Positions 37,968 to 51,195 of a DNA stretch of 64,000 nucleotides are shown here, one piece after another (the first letter of the stretch is position 1; each line of letters starts with the position of its first letter). Both the position numbers and the translations under genes were made by a program. A model generated the notes under the pieces. The model did not search any database. It saw nothing but the letters and a program-made list of their open reading frames with translations, and was not told the DNA's origin. This stretch comes from the human T2T-CHM13v2.0 reference genome, Homo sapiens. The stretch lies in the NCBI RefSeq assembly GCF_009914755.1, contig NC_060927.1. The stretch is one strand, 5' to 3'.

Positions 37968-40301
37968 AAAAATTAGTGAGAAGTAGGTGGAAACTTCTCT
38001 TTGGGTTCAGGCCAAAGCTACATTGTGTCCATCAACATATTCTAGAAACCTGTATTTTAGATTACTCAGCATTCTCTAGCTGGAAATAATACTTCATATC
38101 TTCATCAGGTTCCTCGTCGCCTCCTCAATTATTAAAAACTAAGAGGAGAATGAATGAGTTATTAGCATCCCCAAATTTCCAGTGAGGACCAGCCAGTAAT
38201 CTGTTTGACATTTGTCATTGGAAAAGATTTCTGGTAACATTAAGACTTCTTCATTGTGCCGATGCAATTTATTGAGGTGTCTATGCTGCAAGCGTGGGTG
38301 TGTATTGATAGTTTTGCACTTGGAATGGCCAGGGATTTAGGACAATAAATAGCTACTTCTTTATATGGAGGGTCTGATAATATCACACCAATAAAGCTTT
38401 ACTAAAAGATTTTTGGTGGTTTTTATTATAAGGGACTATTTTGCTTAATTTCATATGGAAAGTTTTAAAATACCTAATTTGAGTAGGATGATGTGTAGTT
38501 AGCAAGCTGGGAAAATCTGATGAACCTAATGAATAGCACAATAAAAAGGAAAATTCTGAAAGGGGAAGGAGGAGGAAGAAGAGCTCTGAGAGTTGTTTTA
38601 AGCCTGAAAAGTGAGCAATAAAGAGTTAAAAAAGGAAGAGCAGGTCAATAGACCTGTAGCCTAGTCTCGTGGTATCCTTAGGAATAAGCTGTTTTGCTAC
38701 AGTCAGGGAATGCCAGGACAAACACGATCAGGTATCACTTTTACTAGCCCCAAGGCCTCCCCCTCACCCAGGGCCTGCTGCTGGGGTAGAGATACTGTAT
38801 TTCTGGAGCTACCGTCAGAAAGTCAGTTCATGGAGTTACTTTGGGGAAGTGGACAGCCCTCTCCACTGTGCAGTTATTTAGAGGTAGAGATGGAAAGACA
38901 CCAGGAAGTTTTTATATTTTTATTCAATCCTCCCAACAGCCTTATGATGTAAGTACTATTATTCCATTTTACAGATGAGGAAACTAAGTCATGGGGAAGG
39001 TGGTAACTAGCCCATGGACACAAAGCTGGGTTGTATGTGTCAGAGCTGGCTTTTGACCTTGGCTGTTTGTCTCCACAGCTGATGACTATAACCACTGTGC
39101 TTTACTGCACCAAAGCATGAATCCAGGGCTGGGCCCTCACTAACAGCTCTCTTAAGAGTCATTATTAACAATAAAATGAAGCCTAATTTTGGAGTGGGTA
39201 AGGGCAAAGAGAAACATCTAAAGAAATGGCAGCAATGACAAGCACAGCAGCAGAGAGCAACAGGGCTTTTTCAGAAAGCACCAGAGGCTGAGGACACACC
39301 AAGGAAAGCAAGAAGGAGATAGAAGAGCGACAGATGAAAGAGAACCAAGAGAGGAGAAAGCAAAGTGAACATCCACAAAGTGAAGATCCACATGTCATAA
39401 CCACAAGGCCATCAGTCTTAGAAAAAGCAACAATTCCTGGGGACTGAATCTGAAGAATGTGATGTGTGACCTCAAATGGGCTCTCCTTGGAGAACGAGGG
39501 GCACAGTCCCACAATTCAAAGACAAAAAGACACGTCTGGGAATAGATGGAGGCAGACCAGGCAAAGGAATGCTGGCCAGCTCTCTAGGGGAAAGGAATTG
39601 CACTTCCAACAACTTGCATGGCCAAAGTCCATTTATGAGGGTAAGAAAGGTCTTTATGAGTCGTATAAGAATAATTCAGTTGTTTGATAAACTGTGGCAT
39701 TGAATTATTCTGGATTAATATTCTTTTATTTGAAGGCTTAATTATCTAATCGGATAGAAATTGAGATTATTTCAAACTTTCCAAACCATACACAGGGAAA
39801 GGTAAAGTGATGCATTTTTATTTTTAGCTTAAAAGGAGTAGCTTGTAAGTGAAACTTACATAATTTGCCAGTTCACCAAATGAACACGTCAAGGACCCAA
39901 ACAGGTAGAGTTTATTTAGTGGAAATGCTTGTGTCTGGGGGAACCACGTAGATTGTAGGCTGGTACTAAGGCAACAATATTAATTGCATCCCTCCCTTCT
40001 ATGGCAGAGAGCAACAGGCCACAAGGGTTCTTAGCACACAAAATCGCCACCAGGTGGATCCACTGACAATTTGGATAAAACCAAGAGAAAGAGGGAGAGA
40101 GGTAGAGTCTGAAGTCCTCCCCATTTGCACACTCACCTTTCAGGGAGCAGTTGAGGAGACTCCTCAAATCTGAGGACATTGGTTAAAATGTGCATTACTT
40201 GGCTCTCCAGCTGGCAAATGTTACTGTGTTCAGGAATCCCCTGCAGTGCTTATTTAAATACAAAGATTCTGACCTCTCCCTACTTCTGGTTCACAGGTTA
40301 G

Positions 40302-40649
<348 letters not shown>

Positions 40650-41336
40650 TAAAAAATTCTGAGTTAGACTTTCCCATGACAACTGAGAGAATTTAAGTCT
40701 CCGTTTTCAATCAGACATTACTTGGGGAATAAATAGGACTTAGCACATGGAAAGATAGAAGAAGCTGCTTATTATTCTCAAGAACATAATTGATTTACAT
40801 TTTACATCTTTCCATTTACATCTTTCGTATAGAAATTTATAAATTATATCCCATGGGATCGATGTAAAAAGAAATAAGCTTTAAAAATATATGTGCACAG
40901 TTACTCCTTACACATGTAGATAGAATAGCTCTCTCCACTCCTGCCCTCCCCACTGAGTGAAGATAATTTTGCTTTCATCTGATAAAGTAACAACCATAGC
41001 TTTGCTATAGCTGTTCATGCAGCTATGCTTTACTGCAAGTGCCAAAGCGTGACATGGGTTAGACCCGGAGTCCCAGCTCAGCCACCAGGCAGTCTTAAAC
41101 AATAGCCTTTGATATCTCAGAATCTCAGTTTCTTCATTTACAAAATGGGGTAATGATCCTGGTCTTATCCACTTTGTGGGATTACCCTGAGGGCTAAATA
41201 CAATCACATGGGGGGAAAGGAAAATGAACTGGCTTAAAAGCAATTATTGTCATAAGGTGGTATTGATTTCCCTTCTCATATTGGCCCTTTAGCGTCCCAT
41301 TTTATGTTTAAAAATTTATTATTCTTTACAATTCTA

Positions 41337-41627
41337 TTTTTTGAGTTGGGGTCTATTTCTGTCACCCAGGATGGAGTGCAGCAGTGCAATCATAGCTTAT
41401 TGCTGCCTCCAACTCCTAGGCTCAAGCAATCCTCCCACCTTAGCCTCCCTAGTAGCCTCCCTGTAGCACACACCTACAGGTGTGTGCCTCCATGCCCTGG
41501 TTATTTTTTAATTTTTTTGTATAGATGATGTCTGGCTTTGTTGCCCAGGCTTGTCGTGAACTTTGGTCTCAAGCGATCCTCTCGCCTTGGGATTGCAGAT
41601 GTGAGCCACCACTCCTCACCCTAGCCT
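41337..41627 (-). mobile_element. Degraded AluJ
   Basis: gtcacccaggatggagtgcagcagtg...gctcaagcaatcctcccacc. Confidence 0.85.
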
Positions 41628-42578
41628 TCTACTTAAAAATAAAAGTCCTAAGGAGGACTGAATCTATTTTTTTGAAGGATACACAATGGCTTAAGAAGAA
41701 CACAAACCATCACAGAATGTCCTAAGGACTGGTTTCCTAAGGCAGGAGCCCCATCCTTTCCATGAGAAGTTGCATGAAATTGTTTGTTTCAAACTCGTTG
41801 GTTCTGCTCATGAAGGATTTCCAGGCAGAGCATTTAATTCATGCCTTATGTGGTCAGCTCTGCATTCTGCTCTGGCAAGTAGCAAATAACATATGAAAGA
41901 CCGAAGGGGTGGCGCTGGGCCCAGTCACTCGGTTGAGATTCTGCAGGTGCTAATTTTACTAAGTGGGCTGGGCCCAAGGCCTTCCCTGCCACACCTTTTC
42001 AGGTTAGCACCCCATCTTCTCTCAAACTCTGTTTTTCTTTTATGTGTATTTTGTTGCATGTGGAAGAGCAATATGGGAGTAGAAAAAAAGGTTTTGGGCC
42101 AAATAATGCAGTATGGTTGGAAATGCTTTCCTTGTGCAGATTTGGCATAAAAATAAACTTCTCCGGGAGAGGGCTGTTGGTGCTTGTTGTTCATTAATAT
42201 GCTGAAATGATTTCGCACCCCCCTCCCATTTTGAAGGTTCTTTGAGGCTGATTTCTATTCATTTTTTTTTTCTGGGAAAAAGATAAAATGGGTGGGGGGA
42301 GAGGTGCGAGGGGGCAGGATGTAGAACTTATGCGGTGTAGAACTTTTAAGAAATACTACCGCTCGTGTAGTTTTCTTAGCTACATAAGGCTTAAGGGCTT
42401 CATTGTCTCTGCTTGTGGATTGGTGTCTTCTTAGGGAAAAAGACATTTAGGGAGGGTTTTCAAGTGCTACCAGCTAACCTTATGATCTCTTGAATTGTAG
42501 CTAGGGAAAATGGATATATTGGGCAGGCTCCCTTGGTCACTGAAACCTGCCAAGCCCACACATCACTGGTGAAAAACA

Positions 42579-42591
42579 ACACACACACACA

Positions 42592-42626
<35 letters not shown>
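42579..42626. repeat. (CA)n microsatellite, read as (UG)~24 in the pre-mRNA
   Basis: Direct reading; one GA interruption. Confidence 0.96.
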
Positions 42627-42628
<2 letters not shown>

Positions 42629-42980
42629 CTTGGTGTACATGTGGGACTACTTCTTTTTCAGAATTTTTTTTTTAGCATTGTATGGTGGAGTCCATATTTG
42701 ATGTGGATACAGGCAGGTAAAAGAAAAATGCTCTTACTTTTTGGGTTTAAATTAGAGAATCCCTTGAGTAAAACCAAAGCACTAGGTTAGGATGGCATTT
42801 AACCAACCGGGATGGAAACGGCATAATATCAGGGATTGTGACTGTCATGCACACAGCTGAAACCCTTAGTGAATTGACTTAGTGCCTAGCATGGAGTAAG
42901 TGCCCAGCAATTATTAGTTGACCATTGATTTGGGAAGGTTGAGGGTTTGTGGGCTCGTGGCCTTGAGGGTCGGTGGGTAC

Positions 42981-43089
42981 CTGGCTGGGGGTCGGTGTAA
43001 TCCACAGTGTAGCCATCCAATTGTAGAAGTTCCTGAGGCTCCGCTTTCTTCTCCCGATAACTGCACATGGCAAACGTGTACTGACTGAC
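42981..43089 (-). CDS. CADPS: CADPS coding exon (~exon 10, 109 nt): [36 protein letters not shown](G)
   Basis: ttttccttaacAG|GTCAGT...CCAG|GTACCC; 36 codons+1; overlaps ORF 42886..43068; PH domain. Confidence 0.97.
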
Positions 43090-43174
43090 CTGTTAAGGAA
43101 AAGCAGATTGTGAGGTTGACCCCTGGAGCCTGTCTTCTCCAAAAAACCCTCCCCCATGTTCTCTCCTCTGAGGA

Positions 43175-43410
43175 TCTGGACTGAGTGGCTGGGTTCAAAC
43201 TGAGTTTTGCTACCTCCTGGCTGTGTGACGTTGAGCATGTTACTTAACCTCTCTGGTCCTTCATAACCTCATCTGTAGACTGGATACAATCTTAGAACCT
43301 ACCTCATTGGCTTACTGTGAAGACTGAATGAGTTCATGTGGGGAATGCACTTACAGTCTGTTCCTGGCACTTAGTAAGTACTTGATGAAGGTTAGCTATT
43401 ATCATTATTG
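43175..43410 (+). mobile_element. MIR SINE immediately upstream of the exon 10 acceptor
   Basis: ggctgtgtgacgttgagcatgttacttaacctctctg...cctggcacttagtaagta. Confidence 0.85.
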
Positions 43411-45074
43411 CTTTTAATATAATTGGGTTAAGCTACATGTGACTGCCATTTTTGTAGGTCAAAAGTGGTTAAACGACAGCAATTTTGTATGTTCTACCTA
43501 ATGTGACTGTGGCCTTGGCTGAGACTGCCATGCTCGCAGATACAACATGGGCCTTTTGGTCAGAAGTTAGAGGCTAGACATTCATTTATTCATGCCTTTT
43601 TATTTCAGTATTTTATTTTTTGCAGCATTTTGATCAGCATCAAACTACATGTTTTGTCCCCTTCTTCCTGCTGAAGGAGTACTTTGGTTGCTTTGAAGTC
43701 TTCTTCTTATCTCAGACAAGTGCAGGAGTGACATGCTGTCACAAGCAATGAGCGCTTGATCGCTAGGTGCCAGTCACAGTAGAGCAATCCTCAGCCCCCA
43801 CAATGGCGTGGCTGTTGTCACTTGTGCCCTAATGGCAGCCCTCACTCTACCAACACAAACCATGCCAGTGCAGGGCGGGTGCTCACAGCTGCAGGCCCGC
43901 CTTCAGGACCCTGTCACTCTAGTGCATCCAGATCCAGCACATATACTTAGCATTTCTACATCTGGCTTGTCTGCAAGTAGCCCGTGGGAAAGCAAGCATC
44001 CTCCTAGCTTTGGGCTAAATGCTCTCAGGCATATTTACTATCCACGGATGTCAAATGTCTTAGAGAAGGAGTGCCACATCCCTCATCCCTTAGTTTCCTT
44101 TATTAAAAGAGACACTTTCTAAGTGAACTTTGATCCCAGTGGGGGACATTTTTAGTCTCTTCTATAGTGAGATTTGTTTTTGTTGTTTTAATGGTGATAA
44201 GAAATTGACGCTCTCGAGTGCTACATGCATCTCCCGCACTGTCCGAGGCTTGAGGGTCCCAGTGGAGAGATGAAGGGTGTCCGCAGGAGGATGTTTTTGG
44301 TAGTTGGTTTGTCTGTTGCTGCCCTCTGTTGGCTCCTGATGGAAACTTTACCGCCCCACTTGGGTTTCTTTATAATGTATAGGGTTTGCAGAACTTCTTC
44401 CTTATATCACAATGCCAGGGGAAACCTAAGGCTGGGTCACTGAGAGTATTTTCATAAAGGAACACATATTAATTTTTTGTAATAAACAAAGTAATCAATA
44501 GCACACTCTTCTAAAATGGAAGGTTAAGAGTGTAGGCTGAGGGTTCCATGGGCCTGGGGTCCCATCCCAGCTCTGATAAGCTGTCCGTTCTGTAAGCCTC
44601 AGAGTCTTCATCTGTATTTACCTGCATCTTATTGTTGCTAGAGAATTAATTGAGTTTTACATACCATGTGTGATACCCATAGAGCGAACACTTCATATAC
44701 ACATGCATTTATACAGGCAGCTTCCTTGCATTTGACACACTTTCTAATATAGTATAGCTTAATAGGTGGATTTACCTACTGGATTATAAATTCATTGAAG
44801 ACAGGTCTAGGGAGTCATATGTCTTGATTGTATTTTCAGTCTCATAAGCAAAATCTGCCATATAATGGGCATTCACTAGTTGAATCTGATTGGTTCTAGA
44901 AAGTTGAGTACATACAATCCAATAAAGAGGTTTTACCCCCCAAATTTACAGGGGATTCCAAGTACAGTACCAGGCCTTTCCAACTTGTTATTATTGATCC
45001 TAGGGATAACAGATTTCCTGTGACCCTCTGCATGACAATGATCATAGATACTGCTGGAACGGTCCCATGGGGAA

Positions 45075-45369
45075 TTTTTTTTTTTTTTAGATGGAGTTTT
45101 CTTCTTGTTGCCCAGACTGGGGTGCAATGGCATGATCTTGGCTCACGGCAACCTCCGCTTCCTGGGTTCAAGTGATTTTCCTGCCTCAGCCTCCTGAGTA
45201 GCTGGGATTACAGGCATGCGCCACCATGTCTGGCTAATTTTGTATTTTTAGTAGAGACAGGGTTTCTCTATGTTGGTCAAGCTGGTCTTGAACTCCCGAC
45301 TTCAGGTGATCTGCCCGCCTCAGCCTCCCAAAGTGCTGGGATTACAGGCGTGAGCCACCATGCCCAGCC
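45075..45369 (-). mobile_element. AluS (Sp/Sq-like)
   Basis: Full dimer with 'cttcttgttgcccag' and poly-T. Confidence 0.96.
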
Positions 45370-46374
45370 GGATTTTTTTTTAACCTGGCATTTCTCATCT
45401 GACAACATGAAAGATGACATAGTTTGTTAATGTGATTGGCCAAACAGAGAGTTGCCGACACTCACTTAAGATTTAAAAAAAAAATCACAACAGAAGGGTG
45501 TTATTTCAAGATTTATGCATTTACTATTACTACATGGTTTGGGCTTTTTAATTTTTTTTTTTTTTTCCTTTTCTATTTCAGTGGCTTCCTTCTTGGAGAG
45601 CTGTATGCTGATGCCCTCTTCTGGTTATATTGCTGAAGTCACTCTCCACAAACTGAATTGCTTTGAGTTGGTAAACCAAATTGAGTTGGTTTATTGGGAG
45701 CATCTTGATTTAGGATTTTGCAATGTACTTTAGGAAATAAAGGAGGGGAGAAAGAATGATTTCTCTTTGAATGATTCTAATTATTGGAAATTTTGGGGGG
45801 AATCTCACTTTTTATAGACTGATTGAATGGTGGGAGAATTGCAAAGATTTGGAAAGCCTTACATTTATTTTTTAAACTTCCACAAGACCACACTAAGTAA
45901 AAGCCATTTCCCATGAAATGCATGTTCCTCTGTCAGAGTAGAATTCTTTTAAAACTGTATTTTGTTGATGAAAAATTAATGAGGCAGTGAGCACTGTTGT
46001 AATAAAGGCATGGCAGAGCCTGGAATGCATGTTAGAAGTGAGAAAGTCAGCCACCCTTGTCAGACAGCCTGGCCTACAACAGAAAGCATAAAAATCTAGT
46101 GATCTCAAATGATCAGCAGACATCTGAAAGTGCACTTTGCAGAGAAGGGCTTAAAGAACTCTGTCTTTCACATCCTTGGGATTTTCATAGGGTAGGTACC
46201 TTCTCATGGAATCACAGGACAGGCCGTTGGGACTTCTGAGGGAACAGTCAGCGAGGTTTTATTTTAAAGCTGGCTGCACCTCAGACACACCTTTAAAAAT
46301 CCTTAGCTCATTTCCAGTCACGTGCTTAAACTACAGAATGCTTTGAAGTAATGTTCCTTAAAGAGTGGATGGTG

Positions 46375-46734
<360 letters not shown>

Positions 46735-46849
46735 TTAGGCTGTAAATATGTAGATTCTTTAAGTCAGACCAGAATCAGAATCTCAGGTCAGAGTGGGCCT
46801 TAGGATTATACATTTTTCATAACTGTCTCAGATTCTCTCTCTCTTTCTC

Positions 46850-47146
46850 AAAATAGGGTCTTGCTGTCGCTCAGGCTGAAGTGCAGTGACACAAACATGG
46901 CTCACTACATCCTTGACCTCCTGGGCTTAAGTGATCTTCCTGCTTCAGCCTCCCCAGTAGCTGGGACTAGAGGCATGTACCACCATGCCTGGCTATTTTT
47001 TTTTTTTTTTAATTTTTTGGTAGAGATGGTGGGGGGGATGTCTCACTATGTTACCTAGGCTGGTTTGAACTCCTGGGCTCAAGTGATCTTCGCATTTTGG
47101 TCTCCCAAAGTGCTGGGATTACAGGCATGAGCCACCACACCTGGCC
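46850..47146 (-). mobile_element. AluJ
   Basis: Full dimer with J-type 'actcctgggctcaagtgatc'. Confidence 0.92.
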
Positions 47147-48059
47147 AGATATCTCTTAATACATGTTAAAATCTGAGAACCACGGTTTTAATATATAGGA
47201 ACTGTCCATAACCTCTAAGATTGCCCTTGAGTTTCAATTATAGTTAGCAAGTAGATTCCAGTCATGAGATGAAAAGGTTAGACTTTTCTGTCCCCAACTC
47301 TCCTCTCCCCTTCTTATCACCTATGGGAGACTAAAATACTTGGACATACAACAGTAGAATGTATTTTGTCTAAATCTTCTTTCCTTGCTTTTACCATCAT
47401 TCTTTGAAAATTAATCAGCTGTTATTTTTACTGAACTCTGGTCACCAGCCCTTGTCCAAAATTCATATACATAATTTAGAAAAGAGTTGTTTATAATAGA
47501 TACATTCATTCTTTCAACAAATACGTAGGTAGTGTGTTTGGTTCGAGGACTATAAACATGCAAAAAACCAGATGTGATTCCTGCCCTCATGTCTAGCATG
47601 AAGGTAGACATTAATCCCATGATTTCACAAATGTGTTATTTTAATAGTGGCAAATATTAAAAAGAGAGGTATATGGTACTGTAAGAGCTTGGAGATTTGG
47701 TCTAGATGGGTGGTTGGGCAAGGAATTCCTGAGGAAGCATTGACGGATTGAGCCAAAATCTGAGCATGGAGAAAATTTTTATGGTGTGAATCACAGTTCC
47801 TGGAGACTAAGGACTATTTTTAATGTGATGTAGTTGCGAATGAAGGATCACAGTGTCTAAATCCCAGACTCCTGATTGGCACTGAAGTGAAGGCCATTTG
47901 GTGGAGGAGAAGGAGAATAGATTTTAGAGTCATGCAGAACTGGATTTGGTTTTCAGATCCATTATTTTCTATGTGAACCAAGGCAGTTCAGTTAACTTTT
48001 CTGGGACATGGTTTTGTGATCTTTAAATGGGGATGATGATAACATCTGTGGGACATTTC

Positions 48060-48211
48060 TTTTTTTGATAATTAAAAAAGAATTTATTTCTTGTAGACAT
48101 GGAGTCTCACTGTGTTGCCCAGGCTAGTCTCAGACTCCTAGCCTCAGGTGATCGTCCCAGCTCAGTCTCCCAAAGTGCTGGGATTATAGATATAAGCCAC
48201 TGCACCTGGCC
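48060..48211 (-). mobile_element. FLAM/Alu left monomer inserted in a MIR, TSD-like tctgtggg(ac/ggc)atttct
   Basis: Single arm ending gcacctggcc; flanking direct repeat. Confidence 0.82.
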
Positions 48212-48259
48212 TTCTGTGGGGGCATTTCTTATGTGTGCATGCAGGCCATTCATTGCCCT

Positions 48260-48740
48260 CCCACAACTGAATCCTGGTCTTCCTTTGGGAACCACTCTCT
48301 TTTCAACTTTCAGGGCAAGTGGTTTGTGTGGGAGTAACTGCACATCTAGCTGGAAGTAGGGTGAGTAAAACACTTGGCCCATGCCTGGCCAATCAACATA
48401 GTATCTCCTTGGTTGCAGTGACTGGTGCAAGGATTTGGCACCACATTGGGCCAAAGAAAGCTAACTGAGGGCCTGTACTGGAACAATTGTTAAAGAAAAG
48501 TTTTCTCTGGGGCTGGTAAACTTTTGTAAGGCTTGAGCTGCCAGAGATCATGCCTGAGGGTGAAGTCAATTCAGCGGAAAGCAGAGCCAAAAGATTAAAT
48601 ATATTGAGAGACAGAGGCTTGATAATATTGCTTGAGTCCTGGATCTAGTCATGACAGAAGACCCTCCAGCTAATTACTAGTTTAATTAGTTAACCAATAC
48701 AATTCTTGCCCTTTTAAAACTTAAGTCTGTTTGGGTTGAT
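48260..48740 (+). mobile_element. MaLR (MLT1-type) solo LTR relic
   Basis: Motifs 'ggccaatca...ttgcagtgactgg', 'cctggatctagtcatg', 'cttaagtctgtttgggttg'. Confidence 0.55.
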
Positions 48741-48787
48741 ATCTGATAACCAGACTATATCTGATAACCAGATATCTGATAACCAGA
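48739..48787. repeat. Triplicated 15-16-mer ATATCTGATAACCAG(A)
   Basis: Copies start at 48739, 48757 and 48772. Confidence 0.9.
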
Positions 48788-49123
48788 ATATAAATATAAA
48801 TGTCTTATAGAGCAATTGTGGAGTGGCAAAAACAAACATTTGGAGTTACAAATCCTTCAACTACTCATATGTCTTACAATTCATTTTTGTGGTTAACTCA
48901 TTTTAATATTGTATTCCCAGGTGACTACTATTGTATTCCAAGGCATTATATATTATCTAACAATATTTTATCTTATTCTGATTTAGTGATTTTTCTGAAA
49001 GCTGGAACATAATTTTTGGTAACATTCTCAGTTGGGAATCAGAAACAGAGGAGCCATGTTGGTTCTATCTGAGTAATTCAGTTCTAGAACATTCTTTTAA
49101 CACAATGCTTTATTTAAAAAATG

Positions 49124-49490
49124 TTTTATTTCCATAAGTTTTTGGGGAACAGGTGATATTCAGTTACATGAGTAAGTTCTTTAGTGGTGATTTATGAGAT
49201 TTTGGTGAACCCATCTCCCAATCAGTATACAATGAACCCAATTTGTGGTCTTTTATCCCTCACTCTCTTCCCACCCTTTCCCCCTGAGTCCCCAAAGTCC
49301 ATCGTATTATTGTTATGTCTTTGCATCCTCATAGTTTAGCCCCCACTTATGAATGAGAACATATGATGTTTGGTTTTCCATTCCTGAGTTACTTCACTTA
49401 GAATAATAGTCTCCAATCCCATCCAAATTGCTGTGAATGCCATTAATTCATTCCTTTTTATGGATGAGTAGTATTCCATCATATATATAT
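49124..49490 (-). mobile_element. L1PB-like 3' end
   Basis: ttttggggaacaggtg...gttacatgagtaagttctttagtggtgattt...tttggttttccattcctgagttacttcacttagaataat. Confidence 0.88.
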
Positions 49491-49542
49491 AACATTCTGT
49501 ATGCATCAATCTCTTCAGGTGCCAGTCCTGTCTAAGTGCTAG

Positions 49543-49877
<335 letters not shown>

Positions 49878-50184
49878 TGTGTTAGGTTTCATATTTGGCT
49901 GCTTACAAGCCATTGACCTTGGGCAGGCCACTTATCCACTCTGAGCCTTAGTTTCCTCTAATGTGAAGTTGCGAAAAGCCTTGTCCGCACTGTAGTACAG
50001 AAAGGTTGTGAAGACCAGCTTGACGAACACTTTGTAAACTCTAAGAAACCATATAAATATAAGTGATTGTCCACATTATTAGAGGAACCACAGAATATTA
50101 CAGTTTGTACAGTGCTAAAATGGGGAGAAATGTCTCAGAAATTATTTGAACACCAATCAAAAAAGTAGATTTTAACCAGAAATC

Positions 50185-50480
50185 TTTTTTTTTTTTTTTT
50201 GAGACAGAATCTTGCTCTGTCACCCAGGCTGGAGTGCAGTGGCATGATCTTGGCTCACTGCAACTTCCGCCTCCTAGGTTTAAGCGATTCTCCTGTCTCA
50301 GCCACCTGAGCAGCTAGGACTACAGGCACATGCCACCATGCCCAGGTAATTTTTGTATTTTTAGTAGAGATGGGGTTTCACCATATTGGCCAGGCTGGTC
50401 TCGAACTCCTGACCTTGTAATCCACCTGACTCAGCCTCCCAAGGGGCTGGGATTACAGGCATGAGCCACCATGTCTGGGC
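50185..50480 (-). mobile_element. AluS, TSD ACCAGAAATC
   Basis: Full dimer with flanking direct repeat. Confidence 0.95.
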
Positions 50481-51009
50481 ACCAGAAATCTTTTGATCAC
50501 AGAATAAAAATATTTTTTAAATAAAAAGATGAAAGCGTTAAGACTTTCTAACCTGATATGGGTGATAAGTTGGCCTGTTTTCACTGTTCTCCTTACACAC
50601 ACACACGGGGTGGGGCGTTCTGGCTATCCAGCAGTGCTCTATGGAATTGGCACCTTTATCATTAGTGTTGATTTGGTCACATTAGAGTTACTAACAGTAG
50701 TAATCAATGTGTTTGGTTCTCACCATGGACCCGAGGGTTTAGAATGAGGCCCCAGTAATTTCTTGACTCAGGGTGCTGAAGGCCCATTTCCCCTTGATCT
50801 CTGGGTTAGGGTTTGCAGCCAGCCAAGTTTATAGGACATATATTGGAATTTCAAGGAAGATGGCAAGAGGAGGCTTTATTGTGCCATTTGAATATAGTCA
50901 TCTATTTAGCTACTCTGATGCTCGGTTCCATAGAGAACATAAACTCTAAGATGGTGTCATCTGAAGGGAATGAGACCCTTCACTTTAAGCGGGATAATGA
51001 CCTCCAAGG

Positions 51010-51195
51010 CAGTGTTTCTCCAAGGGTGGCCTTTGGACCACCTGCATCAGTATCTCCTGGGGTGCCTTTTATAAGTACGGAATACTGGGCCCCACCCCAG
51101 ACTTACTGTATCAGAGTCTTCTGGATGGCACCTTGGGGTCTGCATTTTAAACAACACCTAATGCAGATGGTCCAGGCCCCCATTTACAGACACTC
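51010..51195 (+). mobile_element. MER5A relic
   Basis: cagtgtttctccaagggtgg...ggaccacctgcatcag...gggccccaccccagac. Confidence 0.75.
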
